Positions 24,538 through 24,673 of a stretch of DNA of 24,673 nucleotides are shown here, in pieces. Positions within the stretch are counted from its first letter, which is position 1; every line of letters begins with the position of its first letter. Origin of the DNA: a virus (Duplodnaviria > Caudoviricetes); IMG/VR virus record IMGVR_UViG_3300027863_000173, positions 1 through 24,673 of that record; one strand, written 5' to 3'. The position numbers and the translations under genes were made by a program. The notes below the pieces were generated by a model. It searched no databases. It saw only the letters and a list, made by a program, of their open reading frames with translations, and was not told where the DNA came from.

Positions 24538-24538
24538 A

Positions 24539-24673
24539 TTACATAGTTGAGCCTTGTGACTGGCTGAGGTTATTAATTAATCGGAGCATCATTTCAATTG
24601 TCATTGGGGCTTTAGCAACTACGTCCATGCCATTACCTCCGGGCATATCAACTTTCATCAATGGAGCGTGAAA
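24539..24673 (-). CDS. C-terminal end of an upstream gene, probably tape measure protein (partial)
   Basis: Open frame FHAPLMKVDMPGG...SQSQGSTM* stops 1 nt before ATG 24537. Identity is from synteny only. Confidence 0.45.
   Translation of the reverse strand, partial: FHAPLMKVDMPGGNGMDVVAKAPMTIEMMLRLINNLSQSQGSTM

Overview
A 24.7 kb, AT-rich segment of a tailed phage or prophage, probably infecting Bacteroidota (TAnnTTTG-type promoters, signal peptides cleaved before Gln) and probably contractile-tailed. Almost all genes are on the minus strand. Reading from right to left: (1) the end of a probable tape measure gene and a baseplate module (DUF6046-like, hub, spike, gp25-like, LysM, J-like, I-like) interrupted by a GIY-YIG homing endonuclease; (2) a lone plus-strand lipoprotein, two large fibre/beta-helix proteins that unexpectedly carry signal peptides, a papain-family protease, several small membrane proteins and a Tlde1/DUF2778-like peptidoglycan enzyme; (3) a terminator/promoter boundary at about 10.3-10.5 kb; (4) an early module (HTH, SMC-like ATPase, Rad52/Sak annealase, YqaJ exonuclease, SSB-like protein, SF2 helicase flanked by two NUMOD4-HNH endonucleases, stand-alone DnaA C-terminal domain). 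The most striking structure is at 1-2540: four integron attC-like imperfect hairpins delimit cassettes, three of which have cassette-specific inverted ends. Their phage-type cargo genes lie antisense to the apparent attC orientation, one gene is partly encoded inside its own attC, and no integrase is in the window. Other oddities are a 4-nt insertion splitting the helicase Walker A motif and a duplicated structured 5' leader in front of both HNH genes. All protein calls come from motif recognition by eye; no searches were run.
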